Source: Octopus sinensis
Taxonomy: Eukaryota
Direction: 5' to 3'
DNA length: 64,000 nucleotides
Assembly (NCBI RefSeq): GCF_006345805.1
Contig: NC_043013.1
Location: 17,980,001-18,044,000, forward strand
In this document: positions 1 to 10,558 of the stretch, one piece after another
Position numbering within the stretch: position 1 is the first letter of the stretch
Layout of the letters: the number at the start of each line of letters is the position of its first letter
Notes under the pieces: model-generated
What the model was told of the DNA's origin: nothing
Databases searched by the model: none
The model's input: only the letters and a program-made list of their open reading frames with translations
Position numbers and translations under genes: made by a program

Positions 1-866
1 TGATCAATAAGCTTAAGGCCTGTTGCTATAGTAATGAAGCTAAAGCATGGAGAGTGAAGCTGTTAAGCACAGATTGACCTTGAACACTGCTGTGCATGTG
101 CAGTAAGTTATAACATTCTAGCTCATTTTTGTTGTTTACAGCAATGTTTGAAAGGAAGGTGTGTAGCATGCGATTGTCGCTTTGACAATAACATAGAAAG
201 TTGAGCAGAGAATCTGCATCAAATTTTGCCAAAAGCTTGGTGATACCTGCTCAGAGGCCTATACAAAGCTTTCAAAAAGTTTTCATCGTTCTTGACACAA
301 TCAAGATCTTGTGTAACTGAAACCCAAGTATCTTTTTGGTCAGCTGAAAGCAGTTTTGGCACAAACTTGGCAGACATGCATCTCATACCCAAATCTTCAG
401 TGATAACAGACTGAACTGAACCATAACTAATCTGCACATCCTCTGATAACTCATGGACAGTGATTTGATGATTTCCCCTCACAGCTGCACACACATCAGC
501 AATGTTTTTCTCAGTTCTGCTGGTTGCGAGTCTCTGAGAACATTCGACAATATCAACATTTTTTTGGCCATCTTGGAGACATCTGAACCATTTGTACACT
601 CCTCTCCATACACTTTCTACAACTTTGTGTAGGCCTCTGAGCAGGCATCACCATGAGAAGTTTCTCTGTTGTGATCAATACAACGATCACATGCTACACA
701 CCTTCCTTCCAAGTACTGCTGTAAACAGCAGAAGTGAGCTAGAATGTTAAAACTTAGTGCGCATGCACAGCAGAGTTCAAGGTAAATTTGTCCCAAGCAG
801 CTTCATACTGCATGTTTTAACTTTGTTACTACGGCAACAGTCCGGATACTTATTGATCAGACCTCA
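1..866 (-). mobile_element. Mariner-derived non-autonomous element with long inverted arms; transposase N-terminal fragment on - strand; left end runs off the window
   Basis: ORF 219-599 (YKWFR...VRGNHQITVHELSEDVQISYGSVQSVITEDLGMRCMSAKFVPKLLS) resembles the mariner HTH region. Right end reads TATGAGGTCTGATCAATAAGT on - with TA at 867-868. Bases 1-~272 are an inverted copy of ~610-860. Confidence 0.8.
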
Positions 867-1127
867 TATGCATGTGTTATGTCTCTTGTTTTGACTTCAT
901 GTGATAGTTGTAAACAAGTGCTGCCATCATACAAGTGGTTGCCTTTGTTTTCAGTCTTCTGTAAGTACATGTTTGAGCGAGGAAATAAGTGAATATTGAT
1001 GACAGGAAGGTTATCTGGCCATAGAAAATCTGCTCACCGAAATCTGTCTGATCCATGTTAAAACGGAAAAGTGGAGATGTTAAGATGATGACGGTTTACT
1101 AAATCTTATCTTCTGTTATATTTTCAG

Positions 1128-1218
1128 CAAAAGAAAGGTGGTGGTATTTCTTTCAACTCTACAGTGCCTCTAACAAAAATCAACGAAAAAATGGTGCAGT
1201 TAATTTTGCATGAATATA
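1128..1218 (+). CDS. DRG2: DRG2 (developmentally regulated GTP-binding protein 2) internal coding exon; earlier exons lie upstream of the window
   Basis: ttttcag|CAA... encodes QKKGGGISFNSTVPLTKINEKMVQLILHEY+A; the KKGGGISFNST motif is DRG2-like rather than DRG1-like. Donor GTATCCTTT. Confidence 0.95.
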
Positions 1219-2619
1219 GTATCCTTTTTTGGAAATACATTATTGGAAAAAAAATGTTATTACTTCTGATGCCCCTTAATTAATGGTCTCAAGTTTATTA
1301 CAATATTCTTCTATTATTTTTACTAGCAGGTGTACCCGGCGTTGCCTGGGTTCGTTAGTTCGAAAAAGCTCTGAAACTAATAAAGCAATTAACAGTCTGC
1401 TCCCTTAAACACCTTTCACACTTTATGGCAAGACTAACACCTAAGTAACTCTTAATGGGAACTGCATGTGTAATATTATGATAACAATCAAGTGAAAAAA
1501 TAAAGCAACAAAAATTATAGCAGCAATAACGTAGGACTGAAATAGGGTGTCAGTACAGCAAGTCTACAAAACTTCCTTATAAATAACATTTTTAGTTTTC
1601 TTGAATTTAAGAAGTATTTGAGGTTTAGTGAAATGGTCCCAGCAGCATGTGGGGGGTCTTTATTCCCACATTATGTAACCTCATTGAAAAGTCCGGTATA
1701 AATAGAGTTGCTCCTTCCCTTACTGGGTCTTGTAGACAAAAAAAAAAAAAAAAAAAAAAGTGAAAGTTGAAGTTTTGCTATCCTTGTCTGCTAATGTATA
1801 TTTTTATGGTTTTAGACAGGAGGAACGGAGCGTATCCATTAATCTAGGAGGTATTTGTAGATTGGTGGTGTTGATTGCAGGAAAAACGTTGGCAAAAGGG
1901 TATTCCAGACGTTTTATATTGTATTGTATGTTATTTTGAGGGGTTATATCATCATATCATGTTGTATGATCATTCCTTCATATGATGTCTAAATGATTTT
2001 TTACCGTATCAACTAGTGACTATAGAACTATGTTCATACCAATTCCATGAAATGGTCTTGGTATTTACATATAGTCATTGCCTTGTGATAACATCTTGTA
2101 ACTATGTAGTCAGATGTGTGTACATGTATGTAGTTTGTATGTGTATGACTCTCTCTCACTCTCTCTATATGTGTGTGTGTGTGTATACGTATATATATAT
2201 ATATATATGTACTAGTATGTATATATAAGGAGAATTCACAAAAAGACAAAGACAGGTGGTGTAGACAGCAAACAGATGTATTAGTTTAACACTCAGGAAG
2301 TGAAAAAAGTTTTTAACGTTTTGAGCCTATGCTCTTCCACAGAAAGAAACACGGAGAGAAAATAAAGAATGTGTAGTGGTTAGTGATCTCTCATGTATGT
2401 ATATATATATGTATGTATGCATGTATCTCTCTCTCTAGAGAGAGAGAAGGGGGAGGTGTGATCATGCCTTCATATGACCACTATATTATTTCATTCCATT
2501 AAATTGTTCTACCATATCTCTTTCTTACCATACCATCAAGTAACCAACATATATCATAATTGGCTCTCCTAATCCCTCAATGTTCAACTTATTTCTTTCC
2601 TTCCTTAACAACATTCCAG
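1219..2619 (+). other. U12-type (minor spliceosome) GT-AG intron of DRG2
   Basis: 5' splice site GTATCCTTT (1219-1227); branch site TTCCTTAAC (2601-2609) 10 nt before the end of the intron (CAG 2617-2619). Phase 1 joins A|AA = Lys in frame. Confidence 0.92.
1322..1930 (+). mobile_element. Possible Helitron/Helentron-type non-autonomous element inside the U12 intron
   Basis: Starts ACTAGCAGGTGTACCCGGCGTTGCCTGGG, resembling the subterminal hairpin of DINE/HINE-like elements; ends near TTTTATATTGTATTGTAT. Pattern recognition only. Confidence 0.35.
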
Positions 2620-2717
2620 AAATATTTAATTGTGAAGTTCTCTTCAGAGAAGATTGTAATTCAGATGAATTAGTTGATGTCATCCTAGGAAACCGTATAT
2701 ATATGCCGTGTTTGTAT
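2620..2717 (+). CDS. DRG2: DRG2 coding exon
   Basis: (K)IFNCEVLFREDCNSDELVDVILGNRIYMPCLY; ccag acceptor, gtaagt donor. Confidence 0.95.
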
Positions 2718-2732
2718 GTAAGTATATGTGTT

Positions 2733-2770
<38 letters not shown>

Positions 2771-4007
2771 GAGAATACATTCTAAGCACTTGCACAAACT
2801 ATAGGTTTATTTTCTCCTGAATGAGCTGGGTGTGGACAGGAATTTTCAGATAGAATTTCATTAATCATTTAGAAGAATTTCATTTTCCTTTTAAAGCTAT
2901 ATAATATTAGTAATTGCAAGTGCAGTATGGTTGAATAGTCAAGAAGTTCCGGCAACTGGAAGGTCCTGTGTATAATCCAGCTGCACCGCATCCAGGGCAA
3001 AGGTCATTTGCTGTAGCAGCTGTTTCTCGTTTGATGAACTAATGAGAATAAAATGTCAACAACTTTGTTTACATTGGTTATGACCTTTGGATTTTTAATT
3101 GTTTTTGTTTTCGTAACCAAGTTTAGCTCCAGGTCAACCCCAATCCAATAGACACCTGCAATCAAGTGTTCCAACCACGATCATCTTATCTATTCCGATA
3201 CTGAAGTAAAATACAACTCTTGTTTTGACTTTTCTTGCCCAAATTTTATCAGTTCACAAATCTGTTGGAGCAAATGGAATTAGAACAAATTTTCCCAAAC
3301 TTTTTTGCTGCTGTTCTCAGTTTTCACTCGTTAACAAGAATTAATGAGCTGCTCTGTTAACATATTTCCATAGCTCTGCTCAGCCCTCTTAGCTCTTCTC
3401 ACTTCTGATGTCTTTGATATCTCTGCTTATCTCTTCCATCCTTAACTAGACACTTGTGGACTTTCTATGATCCATTTGTTTCCTCTAACAGTGGATTATT
3501 TTCTCAGTTTGAAGTGGTTAAAAATGGTGTCCCACTGCAATCCTGTTGAGAAAGTATTTATCATATTCATAGAGATCTGTGTGTATATGAGCACGTAAAA
3601 ACAGAGAGAGAGAGAGAGGACTCTCTGAATATGATAAGTACTTTTCTCAACAGGATTGCAATGGGACACCACTTTTAACCACTTCAAAATATCCTGTACA
3701 CACACACGTGATGATGACATCTGGTTTTTTGAAGTTGAATAAATAGTGTTAACCAAATTGAAACCAGTTACTAACGATCTGACAAAACACAAGAACCAAA
3801 ACATCTTATTTCCTTGCTAACCTCCCTCTCTCTCATATATGTGTGATTATGTATGAGGGATAGAATAGCCAGGGCAGATGTATGCAGGTGCGATGCATAC
3901 ACACACACACATATGAAATTATATACACAACTGAAAGAGTTGCTAATAGTTTCATGCCATTATGATACTTGAACAGGCATGTTTATAAAATACACCATGT
4001 CTCTTAA

Positions 4008-4228
4008 CCCTTTCGTTACCAACCCGGCTGAAACCGGCTCTGGCTCTTTAGTATAAATGTCTTGTTTTCATAATTTTTTAATTCAAATCTTCCACCAAAT
4101 CTTAGTTAAAATTTATGTTCCTAACACTAGCTTAATGATAACGAAGTTATTTTACTAAATTCTTTGTTATATTTAAAATAATTGAAAGAAACACAGAGCA
4201 TCTCAAAATAAATACAGTAACGAAAGGG
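4008..4228. mobile_element. piggyBac-type MITE (family 1)
   Basis: TIR CCCTTTCGTTAC...GTAACGAAAGGG flanked by TTAA at 4004-4007 and 4229-4232; second copy at 11734-11953. Confidence 0.85.
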
Positions 4229-4425
4229 TTAAAGCAATCTTCCAGGCTCTGTTTATGCATTATATAGTAGTCAGGGTAAAATGTACATATACAATACACA
4301 TTCATGCCTATGAACATCTGTATATATGCAAGGTAAAATGTATACAAATCACACACATACATACGTAGGTATGTACATACATGCAACACTCTGTTTTAAT
4401 GTTTCTTGTGAATAATATTTGACAG

Positions 4426-4502
4426 GTCTATAACAAAATTGATCAAATATCAATTGAAGAGGTTGATCGACTTGCTCACAAGCCTTACACAGTGGTCGTC
4501 AG
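4426..4502 (+). CDS. DRG2: DRG2 coding exon
   Basis: VYNKIDQISIEEVDRLAHKPYTVVV+AG; gacag acceptor, gtaaga donor; includes the NKxD-like G4 motif. Confidence 0.95.
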
Positions 4503-4845
4503 GTAAGAAAGAAACATACGTATCGTTTCTTAGCTTGTTAATTCATCTAGAAATGTTGGAGATGCACACATGCATGCGTGCACGTGTGTGTGTAGTGTGT
4601 ACATATATATGCATTTGTGTATGCGTATGTTTGTGTAGTGTTGACTGTTGGAAACGGATGTAATGGATGATGATGGTGACAAAAGAAAAAGTACTCAGTA
4701 CCACAATAGAGATTGTTAATATTTTGTTATTTTGGTTGACTCAGTCTCTTCCTACTTTAAGATTCACCTGCAGGTGCAGAGGGTCATCAGCCAAGTTTTT
4801 ATATATATATGTGTGTATATATATATATATGTGCATGTATATCTA

Positions 4846-4885
<40 letters not shown>

Positions 4886-4887
4886 AT

Positions 4888-5046
4888 CATCATCATCGTT
4901 TAACGTCCGCTTTCCATGCTAGCATGGGTTGGAGGATTTTGACTGAGGTCTGGTGAACCACATGGCTGCACCAGACTCCAATCTGATCTGACAGAGTTTC
5001 TACAGCTGGATGCCCTTCCTAATGCCAACCACTCCGAGAGTGTAGT
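4888..5046 (-). mobile_element. RTE LINE 3' end (5'-truncated) with (TGA)n tail
   Basis: Reverse complement matches the terminal ~160 bp of the RTE copies ending at 9765 and 20576 (GGAGTGGTTGGC.TTAGGAAGGGCATCCAGC...GGACGTTAAACGATGATG). Confidence 0.85.
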
Positions 5047-5368
5047 ATATATGTGTGTGTGTGTGTGAATATGTATGTATGTGTATATGTCTGTCTGTCT
5101 CTCACTCACATGCACACACATATCCAGTTATATTCTCACTTTCCAAAATTACCCTTAACTTTTCCTCTATTTTACTTTCTCTTTCTCTCTCCCTTTTTTC
5201 TGTTGCCACTCCTGTTACCCTTCTCTCCTTTTTCTGTCACTTCATCCTCTCTCTTTACAGACCCCTGTACCCTCTCATCTCTCCTTCTTTCTCCTCACAG
5301 TCTCTACACTCCTATGTTATTACATCCACCACATCCAACTGTCACCTTTCCATTCCACTCTATTCCAG

Positions 5369-5457
5369 CTGTAATATGAAGTTAAATCTTGACTATTTAC
5401 TGGAGTGTGTTTGGGAACATCTGGCCTTAGTTCGAGTTTATACGAAAAAAAGGGGAG
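5369..5457 (+). CDS. DRG2: DRG2 coding exon
   Basis: (S)CNMKLNLDYLLECVWEHLALVRVYTKKRG+G; ttccag acceptor, gtaagt donor. Confidence 0.95.
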
Positions 5458-5825
5458 GTAAGTACTGTAGTAGTTGTTCCTCGCTTTTCTTGCATTTGTT
5501 TTTTTTTTAAAACAAGCGACATTTGTGGAAGGGATGTTGGTATTCGTTGAAAGCTTAGAAGTTGTTTTGTTTATGACGATTGTGATGATGACAGCAGCAG
5601 TAGCGTTTACTCATATGTTCTGGATTGCATCTGAAAAAAGACTTATTAGCAAAGACTCTGTCTCACCAACACAGCACTACAACCATTGACTTACAGATGT
5701 GTTTTGGTTCATTTGTTGGCCTCTCCTATACTGCTACTTCAACACCCTCTGTTCCTGTTCAGTCAGTGACACACCACCTTTGCCTCAGCCTCTTCTATGC
5801 TGCTTCTCCTATAACCTCTGTTATC

Positions 5826-5960
5826 ATCATCATCATCATTGTCATTTAATGTCTGTTTTCCATGCTGGCATAGGTTGGACAGTTTGACAGGAACTGGCTA
5901 GGCACCAGATCCCATAGTCTATTTTGGTTAGGTTTCTACTTCTGGATGCCCTCCTGATGC
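5826..5960 (-). mobile_element. Degenerate RTE 3' tail
   Basis: (CAT)n followed by TTTTCCATGCTGGCATAGGTTGGAC...GGATGCCCTCC, the antisense of the RTE terminus. Confidence 0.7.
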
Positions 5961-6235
5961 CAACTACTCTACAGAGTGTACTGGGTGCTTTTTAATGTGG
6001 CATCATCACCTGTGCCTTTTAGGTGGTACCAGCACCAGTACTTTTTACATAACACCACTACTCACCCCAGCCTTTTTCTCAGGGTCAAGTTGTGGCTGAA
6101 ACAACACCACCAACAACAGTTTTGTTATCTAATTATACTAGTTACCAAGGAAGCGAGAAGTTGTGACAATCATTCCTTTCTAAAGATTTCCATCCAGAAC
6201 AAAACCACACAGGCATGGCTGTGTGGTAAGAAGTT

Positions 6236-7058
6236 TACTTCCCAACCACATGGTTTCAGGTTCACTCCCATTGTGAGGTGGCTTAGGCAAGTGTCTTCTA
6301 CTATAGCCTAAGATCAACCAAAGCTTGTGAGTGGATTTAGTAGACGGAAACTGAAAGAAGCCTGTGAAAGGCATCCAGCCATAGAAACCATGCCACAACA
6401 GACATTATCAATTATCAAAACAGTGGCTGTTACCACTTATATACTATTTGTTTATTTTTATGTATTATTTATATTTCAGAAAGTCCTGATTTCGATGGAG
6501 GCTTGATATTAAGAAGAGGTTGCCTTGTTGAACATGTGGTAAGTAGAGAATTATCTTCTATCTTGTTTCAGTCATTAGACTGCAGCCATGCTGGGGCACC
6601 ACCTTGAGGAATTTTATTGAACTAATCAACCCCAGTACTTATTTTCTTTTTAAACCTGGGACTTATTCTGTCAGTCTCTTTTGCTGAACTGCTAAGTTAT
6701 GGGGACAAAAACACACTGACACTGATTGTCAAGTGGTGGTGGTGGTGGTGGTGGTGGTGAACAAGCACAGACACAAAAGCACACACACACACACACATCA
6801 TCATCATCATCATCATCTCCTCTCCACGATGGCATGGGTTGGACGGTTTGACATGGCGCTGGCTAGCTGGGAGCTGTCCAGACTCCAACTGTCTGTTGTG
6901 GCATGGTTTCTATGGCTGGATGCCCTTCACAGGCTTCTTTCAGTTTCCATCTACCAAATCCACTCACAAGCTTTGGTTGGCCATAGGCTATCGTAGAAGA
7001 CACTTGCCTAAGACACCACACAATGGGAGTGAACCTGAAACCGTGCGGTTGGGAAGTA
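6236..7058. repeat. 169-bp inverted repeat (6236-6404 / 6890-7058) enclosing DRG2 exon 6480-6538
   Basis: Manual alignment gives 11 mismatches and no gaps in 169 bp. Both arms carry the same SINE-head/RTE-tail chimeric junction. Confidence 0.9.
6480..6538 (+). CDS. DRG2: DRG2 coding exon (59 nt)
   Basis: (E)SPDFDGGLILRRGCLVEHV, start of the TGS domain; tttcag acceptor, gtaagt donor. Confidence 0.93.
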
Positions 7059-7950
7059 TGTAGTAAGGTTTCATGCCATTGACTGTATTCGTGACCCAAA
7101 CCAAAAGAACATCTGATTCCATAAAACATTTAGATATACAGATATATTTGCCTGTCTGTTTATATCGATGGCATGTGGCCTAGTGGTTCTAGTGCTTGAC
7201 TCATATGCACAAGGTTGTGGGTTCAATTCCTGAACCATGCAGTGCCTTGCATCCTTGAGGAAGGCTCTTCATTTTACACTGTTTTTTAGGTCTTCTCAGT
7301 TAAAAATGAGTACCAGCAAAGATGTTGGTGCAGCCCTCACCCTCCATCTGTCGCATCCTGAATATGCTGAGTCAGTTGTGAAAAGCTGAGAAGACATCTA
7401 TGTATGCTTGCAATTACTGTGGCTCTTAATGCAATTAAGAAAATCACAGTGCACATTACCAAGCCATACCATTCACAAGTAATGGCTAGCTGCATGTGTG
7501 TGTGTGCGCTAAAATGTGACTGCGTGTGTACTGTTGGCGATTTTTTTCCTCTGTCTTCTCTTCTCTGGATTTTTCCTTCTCCTATGTTTCCGACAAAGAG
7601 CTCCGCTCAAAACGTTGAACCCTCCTTCTTTCCTTCTTTCCTGAGCGTCCAATAATACTATATTTGTTCCACGTCCTCGCGTTGTGTTTTTTTGTGCTTA
7701 CATGTTTGGATTAATTTTATATATATATACTTGCTTTTCCTTCCCTCACCTGTCTTCGTCTTTTGTTTTCTGTAAAGTTGAACTATATATGTATGTGTGT
7801 ATATATATGTGTGTGTGTGTATAAATATTAGTTTTTATGTTCAGTTATAAGAAAAATAATCTGATGATTACTCTGTACTTTTGTATAGAATGACTCACCT
7901 CACAGCTTACCTGGCCCAAACTTCAAAGTCACTATCAACATTTTTGTATA

Positions 7951-7985
<35 letters not shown>

Positions 7986-7988
<3 letters not shown>

Positions 7989-9731
7989 ACCAGGTGATGA
8001 AGGTCTCAGAGAAGGTCATAACCAATCTCATTAGGGAGAGAATTTGTTTAGATGAAATGCAGTTCGGTTTTGTACCAGGTAGAAGCACCACTGATGCTAT
8101 ATTCCTGGTCCGACAACTGCAGGAGAAGTACCTAGCTAAAGATAAACCCCTCTACATAGCTTTTGTAGACTTGGAGAAAGCCTTTGACAGGGTTCCCCGT
8201 TCCCTTATCTGGTGGTCGATGCGGAAACTGGAGATTGAAGAATGGCTAATAAGGGCTGTACAGGCTCTATACAGAGAGGCTGTCAGCAAGGTTAGGATTG
8301 GCAACGAATATAGTGAAGAATTCCGGGTAGAAGTAGATGTGCACCAGGGCTCAGCCCTCAGTCCCCTTTTATTCATCATAGTCCTTCAGGCAATAACAGA
8401 GGAATTCAAAACGGGATGCCCCTGGGAGCTCCTCTATGCCGATGACCTAGCCCTCATAGCAGAATCACTACCGGAACTAGAAGAGAAATTTCGGGTGTGG
8501 AAGCAAGGGTTGGAATCAAAGGGCCTTAGAATAAATGTAGCAAAGACCAAAGTATTAGTAAGCAGCAAGAGGTACTCAGCACACATCCCCTCGGGTAGGT
8601 GGCCCTGCTCAACCTGTAGGAAAGGTACAGGTAGAAACTCCATAAGATGCACCCAATGTAAGTTATGGACACATAAGAGGTGCAGCAACATTAAAGGGAA
8701 ATTAACAGATAAGATAGCTTTCATGTGCGGCAGATGCACAGGGACAATAGACACAACAGACACTCAGAAAACAGATTCCATCACACTCCAGGGAGAGAAC
8801 TAGAAGTAGTTGATAGTTTCCGCTACCTGGGTGACCAAGTTAGTAGCGGAGGTGGATGCACAGAGAGTATCACCACTAGAATACGAATAGCCTGGGCAAA
8901 GTTCAGAAAGCTCCTACCCCTACTGGCAACAAAAGGTCTCTCCCTCAGAGCAAAAGGTAGATTGTATGATGCATGTGTGCGAACTGCCATGCTTCACGGT
9001 AATGAAACATGGGCTGTGACTGCAGAAGACATGTGTAGACTTGAAAGAAATGAAGCTAGCATGATCCGCTGGATGTGTAGTGTCAGTGTGCACGCAAAAC
9101 AGAGTGTAAGTATCCTGAGAGAAATGCTGGATATAAGAAGCATCAGATGTGGTGTGCAAGAGCGACGCTTGCGATGGTATGGTCATGTGCTGCGGATGGA
9201 TGAAGAGAGATGTGTGAAGAAGTGCCACTCCCAAACAGTTGAAGGTATCAGGGGGAGAGGTAGACCCAGGAAGACATGGGATGAGGTGGTCAAGCATGAC
9301 CTCAGAGCATTGGGCCTCACTGAGGCAATGGCGAAGGACCGAGATCTCTGGAGATATGCTGTGACTACAAAGACCCGGGCTGCTTTCTGCAGAAATTCCA
9401 CATACCCCCTACCCATTCTAAGTACCCCGGATCCCCAAAGTACCCTGGATCCCCAAAGTACCCCGATCCCCAAAGTACCCCGGACCTCGTTGCCCCCGTG
9501 CCGCTGACACGTTAAAATGCTCGAACCGATCGTGACGATGCCGGACCCTCCGGCCCCTGTGCAGGTGGCACGTAAAAAGCACCCAATCCACTCACGGAGT
9601 GGTTGGCGTTAGGAAGGGCATCCAGCCGTAGAAACTCTGCCAGATTCAGACTGGAGCCTGGAGCGGCCCCTGGCTTCCCAGACCCGGTCGAACCGTCCAA
9701 CCCGTGCTAGCGCGGAAAGCGGACGTTAAAC

Positions 9732-9764
<33 letters not shown>

Positions 9765-9765
9765 A
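7986..9765 (+). mobile_element. RTE-clade LINE, 5'-truncated (RT + C-terminus + 3' UTR), in DRG2 intron
   Basis: ORFs 7985-8803 and 8725-9507 join across one frameshift near 8790: QFGFVPGRSTTDAIF, FVDLEKAFDRVP, HQGSALSPLLF, YADD (8435-8446), RLRWYGHV, RGRGRPRKTW. (GAT)n tail at 9732-9765; (TA)n on both sides. Confidence 0.95.
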
Positions 9766-9988
9766 TATATATAGGCTATGTTTAGTTTTTTTTTAACTCT
9801 ATATCTTCTGGTTGATGGAGAGCATATCCTGCTGGACATTGGCCAAAGCTTATTCTGTTAACTCAGTTGTGGCCATATGGAAGCACACCATCTTTGTTGT
9901 TTTAAAAAATAGAGCTAGTGATGTAAGATATTCCGATTTTGAGGAATTTCCATGTTATTCTTATTACATTTTGTTTTTGTTTTTGCAG

Positions 9989-10042
9989 TGTCACTCCATT
10001 CACAGATCCTTGGTTAATACATTCAAATATGCTTTAGTATGG
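9989..10042 (+). CDS. DRG2: DRG2 coding exon
   Basis: CHSIHRSLVNTFKYALVW; ttgcag acceptor, gtaagt donor. Confidence 0.95.
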
Positions 10043-10338
10043 GTAAGTCATCACCTGTTTGTCTTTTACTCTTTATGTTTATATTTGATGTACGATAAGC
10101 AAGCCCTGCCATTTACCAAGTGGAATAAATTATTTTGTCTTGGAATCAGTTAGTAGGAGATGTCTAACATTTTTGACTGGATTCTTCATTGAAGTGATAT
10201 CAAATGCCCAACAAAACCCCCCACACCTCTTCTCTTTCCCCATAATAAAATACTATTTACCAACATAGACCATCATTAGGTTCCTTGGATTCTCCTCTTT
10301 CATTTGGCAATCTGTGTAAAAGAGGATTAATCCTTTAA

Positions 10339-10558
10339 CCCATAAGCATTTAAACCGGCCATATCCGGCCAAAAGTATTCTGCCTGTTTTATGTTCAAAC
10401 AGGCCAGATCTGGTCTCTCACACCAACCCTACATATCGTTTTAAAAATTAACAGCTACCTCATCAAAATCTCATAGCTACAAGATAATGCATGATTAGTT
10501 CAAAACAATGTGGATGAAGAACCATTAATTTTGGCAGAATAATGTGAACACTAAAGGG
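10339..10558. mobile_element. TTAA-flanked MITE (family 2); older related copy at ~20594-20816
   Basis: TTAA|CCCATAAGC...CTAAAGGG|TTAA; internal GCTACAAGATAAT.CATGATTA.TTCAAAACAATGTG is shared with 20735-20770. Confidence 0.6.
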
